64,000 nucleotides of DNA, taken from contig CBDCJH010000002.1 of assembly GCA_965217775.1 (NCBI GenBank), forward strand, positions 1,280,001 to 1,344,000, written 5' to 3'. Numbering within the stretch: position 1 is the first letter of the stretch; each line of letters begins with the position of its first letter. Shown piece by piece: positions 19,401 to 27,910 of the stretch. Origin of the DNA: Acidobacteriota bacterium. GTDB taxonomy: Bacteria > Acidobacteriota > UBA6911 > RPQK01 > JAJDTT01. The notes beneath the pieces were generated by a model that saw only the letters and a list, made by a program, of their open reading frames with translations, had not been told where the DNA came from and did no database searches. The position numbers and the translations under genes were made by a program.

Positions 19401-19492
19401 CCGAGCCGCGTCAGGGCAGGGCACAATGGCTGGCGCTGGGCACCTTCTGCCACACCCTGTTCAACACCGCAGAATTCCTCTACGTCGATTGA
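16454..19492 (+). CDS. PSD1/planctomycete cytochrome c protein (DUF1549 + DUF1553)
   Basis: Heme motifs CLSCH, CLLCH, CARCHDHKYDPI; GYGEHWGRRWLD; HPLTARV..NRIWQ; PSHPELLDWLA. Confidence 0.92.
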   Translation: MSGFQARNSSRRGEAARFPRGRLLGGAVWLLALVLTVSIPDLLATQEDPAPDFETHIYPLFEANCLSCHGASQPQRDLDLRTRESTLEGGKSGPALVPGSPLESLLLEKLNSGAMPLGGDRLSDDQIDLVRRWIEDGARRVEREAETAAVVSAEVVAGHETVTTILNVKCLLCHGRRNQEGGLNLQARASLLNGGVSGPAVVPGKPDESLLIQRIENSDMPPVKDQARLSVRAVTSAELERLRAWISAGAPYDERKPVPMVASEDPVVSASDRIFWSFRTPVRPPVPKVRHQDRVRTPSDAFLLEKLEEEGHTFSPDAPPLTLMRRAYFDVTGLPPTPEAVQAYEGTPEAYEKLVDDLLDSPGYGEHWGRRWLDAAGYSDSEGQVSADAIRPNAWRYRDYVIRSLNADKPYDQFLLEQIAGDELFDYKAAEEVTPAQRELLVATGFMRMGPDGTYSVSQAFVPERLEVVASQIEILSSSVMGITMACARCHDHKYDPIPQRDYYRFSAILRTAYDPYDWLSPSETPVGPEADWNDTNMRVLVGAPAEEVREVEAANAPVLREVEEIEQAFEEKAKVLRETLLKEKRAAIPELIREEVIAAEQTPVPERTPVQEYLVKRFQDQLRILPEELEKRFPPFQKAAKEKLEAVSMIKKRLKGNPRLRALFDMGGRPTAVHVLGRGQHQNPLEPVAPGIPSVLDVGLEPYRLEKPKWTTDTSGRRLALAKWLVQPRHPLTARVLVNRIWQYYFGSGLVKTVGNFGRTGSPPSHPELLDWLATEFVRSGWSMKALHRMILTSTAYRQSSRRNPGIDGDPDNRLLSYFPMRRLDADAVRDSILKVSGRLDATPFGPPDPIEEKPDGEVVAKESKQGYRRSIYLMQRRSTPVTMLDTFDAPQLRPNCLVRNRSTVSSQALQLMNSETVRASSRFMAGRVIDSVGRDPEAQVERVYLAAMGRPPSAEELDWSKSTLADMTEEWERHLDQDRSPEPRQGRAQWLALGTFCHTLFNTAEFLYVD

Positions 19493-19503
19493 GGAGCCTG
19501 AAG

Positions 19504-20985
19504 ATGCATAACCTGACCCGCATGAGTAACCGGACCCTGAACCTCCCAGGCTCAGAGCTGCCGCGGAGGACCTTCTTCTCCCGCGTCGGCGACGGGTTGC
19601 ACGGCGCCGCCCTGGCCTGGCTCCTGGGCCGGGACCTTGTTGGCGCCAAACCGGACGCGAGTAGAGTCCGGGACCGGGTCTACGATCTGCGTCCGCGCCA
19701 GCCCAACTTTGAGCCCAAGGCGACTTCCGTGATCCAGTTCTTCATGAACGGGGGACCCAGCCAAGTGGACCTGTTCGATCCCAAACCGGCATTGGAACGA
19801 TATGCGGGCAAGCCGCCGGGACGGGATCTGGCCAGCACCATCGAGTTCATCAACGAGGCGGGCGGATTCATGCCCTCCCCCTTCAAGTTCAAGCGGTACG
19901 GCCGGTCCGGCCTCCAACTGTCCAACATGATGCCGCACCTCGCGGAGCAGGTGGATGACATCGCGGTGATCCGCTCCATGTTCACCACCCACTTCAACCA
20001 TGAACCGTCCATCTTCCTGATGCAGAGCGGAAGGTCCTTCTCCAACCGCCCCAGTCTGGGATCCTGGGTCGTCTACGGGCTGGGCAGCGAGAACCGGAAC
20101 CTGCCGGCCTATGTGGTTCTGGACGATCCCAAGGGCCTGCCCATCAACCACATCCAGAACTGGCACTCGGGCTGGCTCCCGCCCGTGTACCAGGGCACTC
20201 GGGTCCGCACGAAGGGCACGCCGATACTGAACCTGAAAGCGGAGAACGAGTATCCGGGCCCGGTCCGCGACTTGGCCCGTTCCCTGCTGGGGCGGCTGGA
20301 CCGGTACCATCGGGACCAGCGCCCGCGGGAGGCGGAACTGCATGCCCGTATCACCAACTACGAGTTGGCGGCCCGTATGCAGTTGGCGGCCAGTGATGCG
20401 CTGGACATCTCCCAGGAAAGCGCCGCGACTCGGGAGATGTACGGTGTCGGCCAGGAAGAAACCGACTCGTATGGGCGGCGTTGCCTGATGGCCCGGCGTC
20501 TGGTGGAACGGGGCGTCCGGTTGGTCCAACTCTATATCGAGGGTCAGATCTGGGATACCCACCAGAATCTGCAGCAGATGCTGGGGTATGCCTGCAGCAA
20601 GACCGACAAACCGGTGGCCGCGTTGCTGGAGGACCTGAAGCAGCGGGGCCTGCTCGACTCGACGCTGCTGGTCTGGGGCGGGGAATTCGGCCGGCTGCCT
20701 CTGTCTCAGAGCCGGCAGGGGAACCTGGCGGGACGCGATCACGGACCGGCAGGCTTCTCGGTCTGGCTGGCCGGCGGAGGAGTCAAGGGCGGTACCGTCT
20801 ACGGCGCCACCGACGAGATCGGCTTCAGGGCGGTGGAGAACCGGGTCAGCGTCCACGATCTCCATGCCACCATCCTGCACCAGCTCGGGTTGGACCACCG
20901 GGACCTGGTCATGCTCCGCGAGGGCCGGAGCGAACGCCTCACCGACGAGTTTCCGGCCCGGGTAGTGAAGGAGATCCTGGCGTAG
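19504..20985 (+). CDS. DUF1501 domain protein
   Basis: RRTFF, FMNGGPSQVDLFDPKP, CLMARRLVERGVR, WGGEFGR, GRDH, VHDLHATILH. Confidence 0.93.
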   Translation: MHNLTRMSNRTLNLPGSELPRRTFFSRVGDGLHGAALAWLLGRDLVGAKPDASRVRDRVYDLRPRQPNFEPKATSVIQFFMNGGPSQVDLFDPKPALERYAGKPPGRDLASTIEFINEAGGFMPSPFKFKRYGRSGLQLSNMMPHLAEQVDDIAVIRSMFTTHFNHEPSIFLMQSGRSFSNRPSLGSWVVYGLGSENRNLPAYVVLDDPKGLPINHIQNWHSGWLPPVYQGTRVRTKGTPILNLKAENEYPGPVRDLARSLLGRLDRYHRDQRPREAELHARITNYELAARMQLAASDALDISQESAATREMYGVGQEETDSYGRRCLMARRLVERGVRLVQLYIEGQIWDTHQNLQQMLGYACSKTDKPVAALLEDLKQRGLLDSTLLVWGGEFGRLPLSQSRQGNLAGRDHGPAGFSVWLAGGGVKGGTVYGATDEIGFRAVENRVSVHDLHATILHQLGLDHRDLVMLREGRSERLTDEFPARVVKEILA

Positions 20986-21097
20986 CAGGCGGAACATACT
21001 CCGGGGATCCAATTGGAGGGTTCAAGCTACGAGGCCAGTCAGGCCGGTAATTGTCGATATCGGACCCGTTTCCTGATTTCGTGAGGAGCATTCGGCC

Positions 21098-21340
21098 ATG
21101 ATCGTCAAAATCACCGCGAAGCGCCAAATAACGCTGCCGGCTCGGGTCTTGGCGGCGTTGGGCGTAGGTCCGGGCGACGAGTTGGAATTGATTGAAGGCC
21201 ACGATAGGTTCACGTTAAAGCGCAGAGGCATCCAATATTCCCGCCTGGGTACACTGCGTAGCGAGATCTCACCTGGACATCCCCCGTTCGATATCAACAG
21301 GTTTCGAAGGCAACCGTCCGACCGAGTGTTTCGAGATTGA
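21098..21340 (+). CDS. AbrB/MazE/SpoVT-family antitoxin, orphaned
   Basis: MIVKITAKRQITLPARVLAALGVGPGDELEL. Confidence 0.85.
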   Translation: MIVKITAKRQITLPARVLAALGVGPGDELELIEGHDRFTLKRRGIQYSRLGTLRSEISPGHPPFDINRFRRQPSDRVFRD

Positions 21341-21502
21341 TACCTTCGTCCTGATTGTTTTGCCTGCCTGAGACCGGGAACCGGAATACGAATGCAGATT
21401 CCGGAGATCGGATGTCCTGTGCGATCAGTTGTCGTCTTGTAATCTAACGAATGATCGCATAACATTCGCCATTTTGACGCAATATCCAAAACGAAGATAG
21501 CG

Positions 21503-21967
21503 ATGGACCTCCAAGCCTACGCCCACCCGGGAGAGTTACCTGCGAGCGCAGCTACTCGAGTTGCGAGACTCTTGGAGATTGACGGACCGGAAACGGTGAG
21601 TGACGTGCAGCTTGCGCGGCATATTGCCGATGGCCTGTTCCCGCACGCGGCCATGGCCCTGTCAGAGGTGCTTGGCAGGAACCGCATCGTGGGACCCGTC
21701 GTCCCGGAGGCGACGTTCAGGCGAGTGCGCAAGGCCGGGAAGATGCTGTCCAGGGACCATAGTGAAAGGCTCTATGACGTGGGGCGTGTCGTCGATGCAC
21801 TCGGCCGTGCCTACCGCGGGGACCAAGAGGCCATTAACGGGTTTCTGAACCGGCCGCACCCGCTTTTTGACGGCGAGACACCTTTCGATATGACGCGTTC
21901 CAGTTCGGCGGGTGCGGAAGCCGTTCTGAATCTCATTCGTCGGGCTGAGGCCGGAATCGCCCTCTGA
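21503..21967 (+). CDS. Xre/MbcA/ParS-type antitoxin
   Basis: VPEATFRR, LS…SERL, FLNRPHPLFDGETP, GAEAV..LI..AEAG. Confidence 0.85.
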   Translation: MDLQAYAHPGELPASAATRVARLLEIDGPETVSDVQLARHIADGLFPHAAMALSEVLGRNRIVGPVVPEATFRRVRKAGKMLSRDHSERLYDVGRVVDALGRAYRGDQEAINGFLNRPHPLFDGETPFDMTRSSSAGAEAVLNLIRRAEAGIAL

Positions 21968-22308
21968 TGCATCCGGGCGAGCTGCCGGAAACGATGCGAG
22001 CGAATCGGATCGGCGACCCTGCGGGACTGTTTGCAGTATGGAGCGCGGAAGGCGCCAAGCGCGCTGAAGGCCGGTGGCATGAAGCGGGCGCCGAAGTGAT
22101 CTACGCATCGGAGAACTATTCGACGGCAATGCTGGAAGAGCTGGTGCATTGGAACGGGGCATTGCCGCCGAACCAACATTTCATCGAGATCACGATCCCC
22201 AGGGGAACCAGCTATGAAGTAAACACAGCGGATACGTTTCCTCACTGGTTCGAGCCGTGCGGGGAAGCGGCGCGGCGATTCGGTCGCGAATGGTACGGGA
22301 ACACGTGA
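21967..22308 (+). pseudogene. RES domain toxin, C-terminally truncated
   Basis: SAEGA…GRWH, IYASE.YSTAMLE, FGREWY then stop. Lacks the usual VPS…N..NP.HP C-terminal part. Confidence 0.7.
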
Positions 22309-22666
22309 CGACGGATCTGGAATACTATGAGGAACATTCTGAAAACATGGAACTCTGGTCCCCGGGCAACTACCTGTTCACTCCGCCGGGGTTCATACCG
22401 TGAACGGACTAACCATCAGTCCGCAAGACGTTGACGGACATTCTGGATGCTTGATCAGAAGCGGCCATAAACGAGAATGTTCGTCGAACGCATCGACGGG
22501 CAATTCCGTTCGACCGTATATTGCGCCGGATAGCGTGCGGACAAGACGAGATAACTTTGGGCACCGAAGACTCCGCTGACACGGGAGACCACTTCATACT
22601 AAGAGTGGCCGTGAACTCCAGATCGGAACGCCCCGGATGATGAGACCCTCTCCAACGCTGCGGAGG

Positions 22667-23047
22667 TCAGAGTGACTTTGTGTCCTTGAGTTCCAGATAG
22701 AGGTCCCCATTGCTGGCTTCGATGATCTTGCCACCAATATGGAGCTCCGATTCGTCGCACCATAGAATGCTGAGGCGATCGGAGTCCGGGTCGGCCACGC
22801 ACATGACGCAGTAGCAGGTGGCTCCATACCGGATCATTTGGATGTGGTCTTCCCTTTCTTGATACGGAAAACTTTGCCTATCCGGAGCGTCGTAATCGAG
22901 AACCCGCACGACCTTCTTCCCAACTAGGATCTTCACGTCATGTTGCCACACACTAAGGTAGACGTCGCCGGATCGGGAGACGGCTCCCCACGTGTAGCGG
23001 TGTTTCAAGGGGGCTCCCAATCGCTGGAATAAGGAGTAACGAGACAT
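22667..23047 (-). CDS. Hypothetical protein divergent from the GmrSD-like gene
   Basis: 126-aa ORF with RBS-like GAAAGG upstream, in an AT-richer islet. LGAPL…WGAV…VYLSVWQ motif. Confidence 0.6.
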   Translation of the reverse strand: MSRYSLFQRLGAPLKHRYTWGAVSRSGDVYLSVWQHDVKILVGKKVVRVLDYDAPDRQSFPYQEREDHIQMIRYGATCYCVMCVADPDSDRLSILWCDESELHIGGKIIEASNGDLYLELKDTKSL

Positions 23048-23201
23048 GAGATTACCTTTCTGCTATTAAATTGATTCTCGCCGTCATCCTAGTATGTTAC
23101 CCTGACGCGAATGTTGAGGAGGCTGGCGCGGTTTCGCCTCGAGTCAAGCTCTATCCGCCTGTCGTAGAAATAGTCTCTGGTCCTTCGGAGAGGAAGAACT
23201 G

Positions 23202-25091
23202 ATGCAAACTGAGGATTACTCTGTTGAAGAGATTTTGGTCGACGCACGGCGCTTTATGGTACCGATTTATCAGCGCAGATATCAGTGGGATGACAGGTGG
23301 CTTCAACCTTTTTGGGAGGATGTTGAGGCAAAAGCAGGCGAGGATCTCGAAAATGAGAATAGTTTCAAACATTACATGGGAGCATTGATCCTTTCGCCCA
23401 TTAGCGACGGATCTCGAATTGGAGTCACTGAACGCGTACAGGTTGTCGATGGACAGCAGCGACTGACAACATTCCAACTTTTTTTGGCCGGGCTCAGAGA
23501 GGCTGCGAGGAAATTTGAAGTCACTGAACTAATTGAAAATATTGAAGAATATATTTTTAATCAGCCCAAGAGTAAGGACTCGGGTCGCTTTGTTCGGTTC
23601 AAGCTGACTCCTACGCCGTGGGATCAAAAGATGTTCCGTTTTATCCTAGCCAACGACTATGAAGCCGTGCGAGACAAGTATCGGGGCTATTATTGGGGAG
23701 GACGTGTTCCAAAGAATACTCGGTACAAGGCCCTGAGAGCGTACTACTTTTTCAAGACAAGAATCGAAAACTTTGTGCGGCTCGGACCAAGTGATGAAAA
23801 CTTACAGAACGACCGTATCGAACCCCAAAGTGACGAACCTACGGAACGTGCTATTCACGATAGACTCGAAGCCCTCCTTACTGCTCTCCTAGACAAAATG
23901 AAACTTGTCGTCATAACTCTTGGAGAAGGAGATGACGCTCAAGTTATCTTTGAGACGCTTAATTCGAAAGGCAAGCCACTCTTAGCGATGGATCTTGTTC
24001 GGAACAACATCTTTCACAGAGCGGAACAGCAGGGTACATCTGCACATGAGCTCTATACTAGGCTCTGGGATCCATTTGATAAGAATTGGTGGCAGGCTCC
24101 GGCCCCTAACGCCCGTCCACGGCGCCCTCGAATTGACCATTTTCTCTCCCATGTGCTGGGTGCGGAATCGGGTAAAAAGATCTCCATGCGTGAACTGTAC
24201 GCGGAGTACCGGGCCTTCGCCGTTCCCAGGGGTAGACCACGTTTCCGGAAAGTTGAAGATGAACTTAGGCTTCTAGAGCAGCATGCGCCAACTTATGAGA
24301 CTTTGGAAGGACGGATTGATAAAGACCCTACCATGTTCTGGTTAGGTCGGAAATTGGCAACTTGGCAGGTAACCACTGCGTATCCGATAGCGTTTCAGAT
24401 TGCAGCGGCGAATCTTGAGGAATCGGAGAAGAGTAACTTATCTTTACTAATCTACTCCTATATTGTGAGACGGGCTCTATGTGGTCTGACATCCAAGAAT
24501 CTGAATCGCATATTTCAAGCTATGTCAGCGAAGTTCCTTAGAAAGGGAGTGTCTATCGGCAGCATGCAGTCCTTTTTTGGTGATCGTCGAGGTGATAGCA
24601 GCAGGTTTCCCGGGGACGACGAGTTGCGTCGGCAAATGTTGTCTCATGCTGTATACCGAAGTGTTCCAAGTAATAGAATAAGGGGCGTATTATGGGAGTT
24701 TGAACGGGCGAGTCGGCCTCGCTTTGCGGAAGATACGGGAATGCCAAACGGACTTTGGATAGATCACATGTTGCCTGAGTCGTGGGACGAAAGATGGCCC
24801 ATGCCAGACGGCGATCGGATCAATCGCGACTTATGGGATCCGCGTGTAGTTGAACGGAACCGTTTACTCCATTCAATTGGTAACCTTACGCTGATGACTG
24901 CGGGCTTGAACGTATCCGCGAGCAATAGGGAGTTCATCGAAAAGCGCAGCAGACTATCAGAACACAGCTCTCTGCATATGAACAAGTGGTTTTTGAGTCG
25001 AGAATCATGGAACGAGAATGAAATAGAGGAGCGTGGCGCTGACTTGGCCGATAAGGCCACAAATATATGGCCTGTGATCGAGGTACAGTAA
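23202..25091 (+). CDS. DUF262 + DUF1524 GmrSD-like (type IV restriction-type) nuclease
   Basis: VPIYQRRYQW, VVDGQQRLTT, IFETLNSKG (DUF262); IDHMLPE…IGNLTL…N…SN (HNH-like DUF1524). Visibly AT-richer. Confidence 0.88.
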   Translation: MQTEDYSVEEILVDARRFMVPIYQRRYQWDDRWLQPFWEDVEAKAGEDLENENSFKHYMGALILSPISDGSRIGVTERVQVVDGQQRLTTFQLFLAGLREAARKFEVTELIENIEEYIFNQPKSKDSGRFVRFKLTPTPWDQKMFRFILANDYEAVRDKYRGYYWGGRVPKNTRYKALRAYYFFKTRIENFVRLGPSDENLQNDRIEPQSDEPTERAIHDRLEALLTALLDKMKLVVITLGEGDDAQVIFETLNSKGKPLLAMDLVRNNIFHRAEQQGTSAHELYTRLWDPFDKNWWQAPAPNARPRRPRIDHFLSHVLGAESGKKISMRELYAEYRAFAVPRGRPRFRKVEDELRLLEQHAPTYETLEGRIDKDPTMFWLGRKLATWQVTTAYPIAFQIAAANLEESEKSNLSLLIYSYIVRRALCGLTSKNLNRIFQAMSAKFLRKGVSIGSMQSFFGDRRGDSSRFPGDDELRRQMLSHAVYRSVPSNRIRGVLWEFERASRPRFAEDTGMPNGLWIDHMLPESWDERWPMPDGDRINRDLWDPRVVERNRLLHSIGNLTLMTAGLNVSASNREFIEKRSRLSEHSSLHMNKWFLSRESWNENEIEERGADLADKATNIWPVIEVQ

Positions 25092-25258
25092 CCTTATCTG
25101 TATCTATTATGGGCTATACTCACGATAGCATGTATATCTGAAATTTGTTTATAAGCTTGAACTACGACGAACGAATTAAGCCTGTATCGACGTATTTATA
25201 GTACAACTATCGAGACTGGCGCTTTGTTTCACGAGGATAGTTCGAGGCTATTGAACGA

Positions 25259-27793
25259 TCATCGATCTCCGGCAACCAGGAGCGGGTGGTCAAGCGTATC
25301 CCCGTTGGGCTCAAAGCCGTTACCGTCCGAATCCACGTAGATCGGATTCGTGAACGCCACCGGGTGCATCTGGGACTCGGAGCTGCGGCCCCAACCCTTT
25401 TCCAGGTTGGAATTCTCACCTGTGGCCACGACGATCAGATGGGTGTCCCGCTCCAGTTCCACGCGGATCTCCTCCTCGAAGTTCACGATTCCGTTCTGAA
25501 ACATCTTGGGATGGGACTCTCGGGTGTAGTTGTACCGCGGATCCTGACGGCTGTTGACCAGGACCTGGACCCGGTCGACATCCAGCCAGTCAGGCGTCTG
25601 CACCCGCATCTTCAAGGTCACGGAACCCGGTGAGATCACGCTGGACCCGATGGGCATCCCATCCCCGGTCTCGACGTGCAGGAAGGGCCCGTTGCTGATC
25701 ATCATCCGCCCCGCCTTGGAGTTGGCGATGACCTCCGCCGGATCGATCTTGCCCGGAACGTCGGTCGAGCTGGGTACGTAGGTCCTCCAACCGCCCACGC
25801 CGTTGCCGCCGAAGGTCCGGTGGGCGTCGCTTACGGCGACGCACCACGTATGCCGTCCCTGGTTCAGGAGTTGGAGCCAGCCGAAGGTCCGGTTCTCCCG
25901 TTGGGCGATCCCACGTCGGTTCCGCACCGGATAAGTCGGGTTGGGATTCAGGATCTCGGCGCTCCAGACCTCAGCCGCGTCGATGAGATCTTCGAAACCC
26001 ACGAATCCACCATCCCCCCGCCCGTCCCGGTCCCGGTCGTTGAAGACGTAACCCACTGTAGGGTGATTGGCTTGGACCCATCGGTCGGGTCCGCCGTCGA
26101 AGACATTGCGCAGGACGATAGCGTTGAGGCGAGGGTCATATTGCCAGGCCGGTGCGCCGCCATCCTGGGTCAGCGGGGAGTACTTGAGGGGAAAGGAGTT
26201 GAAGTGCTGGCCCTGCCCCGTGAGCTCGATGCCGACGACGGTTCGCAGCAAGTCCCCCAGTCCCAACTCGTCGATGTAGGGTTGCCAGTCGTAGATGCGG
26301 TTGTGCTCCGTGGTCGGTATGAACTCCAGTTGTTCGGCGGCGAAGTTGATGATCCGGTCGTAGGTATTGCAGTGGTTGTCGCCGCTGGGTGAAGAGTGGG
26401 CGTGGTAATCGGTGCTGATCCATCCTGTCGTATCCACCGCCCTTTCGAGAGTGGCCTCGACGGCAACCGTCTTTCCCGGCTCAACCGAGAGCCGGCGCTC
26501 CACCAAGTTGTATTCGGGACCCCGCGTGATTCGGAGCAGGTAGTTGCCCGGGGGAACCTGCTGGGTAAACGCTCCGTCGTGGGTGTGGTACTGGTGATCG
26601 CAGCCGTGGGCCCGATAGTCCGTGCCGAAATAAGGGGTAGAGGTCCCGTCGACACCCAGGAACTGGACCTTGGCCGGGGAAGGATTGCCGCGGGAATCCC
26701 GGATCCGGAAGCGGATGGCCGAAGCCGCGGGGAGAGACAGATCCAGATTCACGGTCTTTCCCGCCGATACCTGGAGATTCAAGTCCTGATCGGGCCGGCC
26801 CAGGTCGGTGAACCGGACCGAATATGCTCCGTCCGGCATTGGGAAAGAGAACCGCCCGCTCCCGTTCGGATAAAGCGGGAGATCCGTCCCCTCGACATTG
26901 AACAGAAGGGAGGATCGAACGGCCGGGTTCCCGCCCTGGTCCAGGGCGCTCCCGGTCACCGTCCCGGTGGGATTCAATACGGAAGCGACCTGGCCATAGG
27001 CGGCCAGGGGACTGTCCGAAACCGCCAGGGCGATCCCGAACTTCCGGCTTTCTCCAGGGGCTAGTTCCACCTCCGATTCAAGAGCGGACAGACCCTCACC
27101 TTCCAGGGGCGCCCAGGCGTAGGACCGCTTGTCGAACGGATCGATGCTGTCGGCGACTCGAATGGCGCCGACTTCCCACGTTTTCGAAAACTGAGCCAGA
27201 CGCTCGTATGCCGGGGGCGATTTCCAGACCGGTCGCGGCTGGATCTTCCGCGGCTGATCGGATTCATTGTGAAAGGTGGAGAGGATTTCGACATGCTGCC
27301 AGCCCGGCTCCAGCCGGTAGACGTGGCGCTGATACAGTCCGTCGCCGCGAGCTGCCGTGCGGACGGTCTCGATCGCCGCCGCTCCGTCACTTCCGTCGCT
27401 CGCGATCCGGACGTAACTGACGGGACCCGACAGGTGTCCGGGCCGAAATGACGTGATCTGATCGTTACCGGCGCCGGCGAGGTCCAGGTCAAAGAGGGTA
27501 CCGGGGATGACGTCGTAACGGTCATGCATCATATTGGCCCGCCGCTGGGGCAGGTTCCCCGAAATGAGGGCGTGGACGCGATCGTTCCGGAGGACGAAGT
27601 CCCCGAGGATGCCGTCGGCTTCCTTGCCTGACGGCAGGAGATCCGTGTTGTGGCGACCGATCTCGACGGCTTCGGCGCCGCCTTGCTGGGCGACGAGAAA
27701 AGCCGCTAGCCATCCGGCCATTCCGGCCATGAAGAGGAGAGTGAGCCGAGGGAAACGTGAAAGGGACGGAGAATTTGTAGACATGTCGCTCAT
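25259..27793 (-). CDS. CehA/McbA-family PHP-like metallohydrolase with carboxypeptidase-regulatory-like domains, secreted
   Basis: TDYHAHS..SGD, TEHN, GIE…HFN.FP, ANHP, VSDAH, AFTNPIYVD; signal peptide. Start uncertain. Confidence 0.8.
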   Translation of the reverse strand: MSDMSTNSPSLSRFPRLTLLFMAGMAGWLAAFLVAQQGGAEAVEIGRHNTDLLPSGKEADGILGDFVLRNDRVHALISGNLPQRRANMMHDRYDVIPGTLFDLDLAGAGNDQITSFRPGHLSGPVSYVRIASDGSDGAAAIETVRTAARGDGLYQRHVYRLEPGWQHVEILSTFHNESDQPRKIQPRPVWKSPPAYERLAQFSKTWEVGAIRVADSIDPFDKRSYAWAPLEGEGLSALESEVELAPGESRKFGIALAVSDSPLAAYGQVASVLNPTGTVTGSALDQGGNPAVRSSLLFNVEGTDLPLYPNGSGRFSFPMPDGAYSVRFTDLGRPDQDLNLQVSAGKTVNLDLSLPAASAIRFRIRDSRGNPSPAKVQFLGVDGTSTPYFGTDYRAHGCDHQYHTHDGAFTQQVPPGNYLLRITRGPEYNLVERRLSVEPGKTVAVEATLERAVDTTGWISTDYHAHSSPSGDNHCNTYDRIINFAAEQLEFIPTTEHNRIYDWQPYIDELGLGDLLRTVVGIELTGQGQHFNSFPLKYSPLTQDGGAPAWQYDPRLNAIVLRNVFDGGPDRWVQANHPTVGYVFNDRDRDGRGDGGFVGFEDLIDAAEVWSAEILNPNPTYPVRNRRGIAQRENRTFGWLQLLNQGRHTWCVAVSDAHRTFGGNGVGGWRTYVPSSTDVPGKIDPAEVIANSKAGRMMISNGPFLHVETGDGMPIGSSVISPGSVTLKMRVQTPDWLDVDRVQVLVNSRQDPRYNYTRESHPKMFQNGIVNFEEEIRVELERDTHLIVVATGENSNLEKGWGRSSESQMHPVAFTNPIYVDSDGNGFEPNGDTLDHPLLVAGDR

Positions 27794-27910
27794 TATCCGG
27801 CGTTTGGCTTCAGAATCAAGTAAAGATGAACTCAAGTTGTTGAGAATCTTGTAGTTGTGGCAATCGGAGAAAGGGGTTTTTCGATGTGGTAGCCTGGAGC
27901 GGTCTCAGAC

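Noticed and set aside
22309-22666. Short ORFs after the truncated RES gene
   Set aside because: No recognisable motifs; probably decayed islet sequence.
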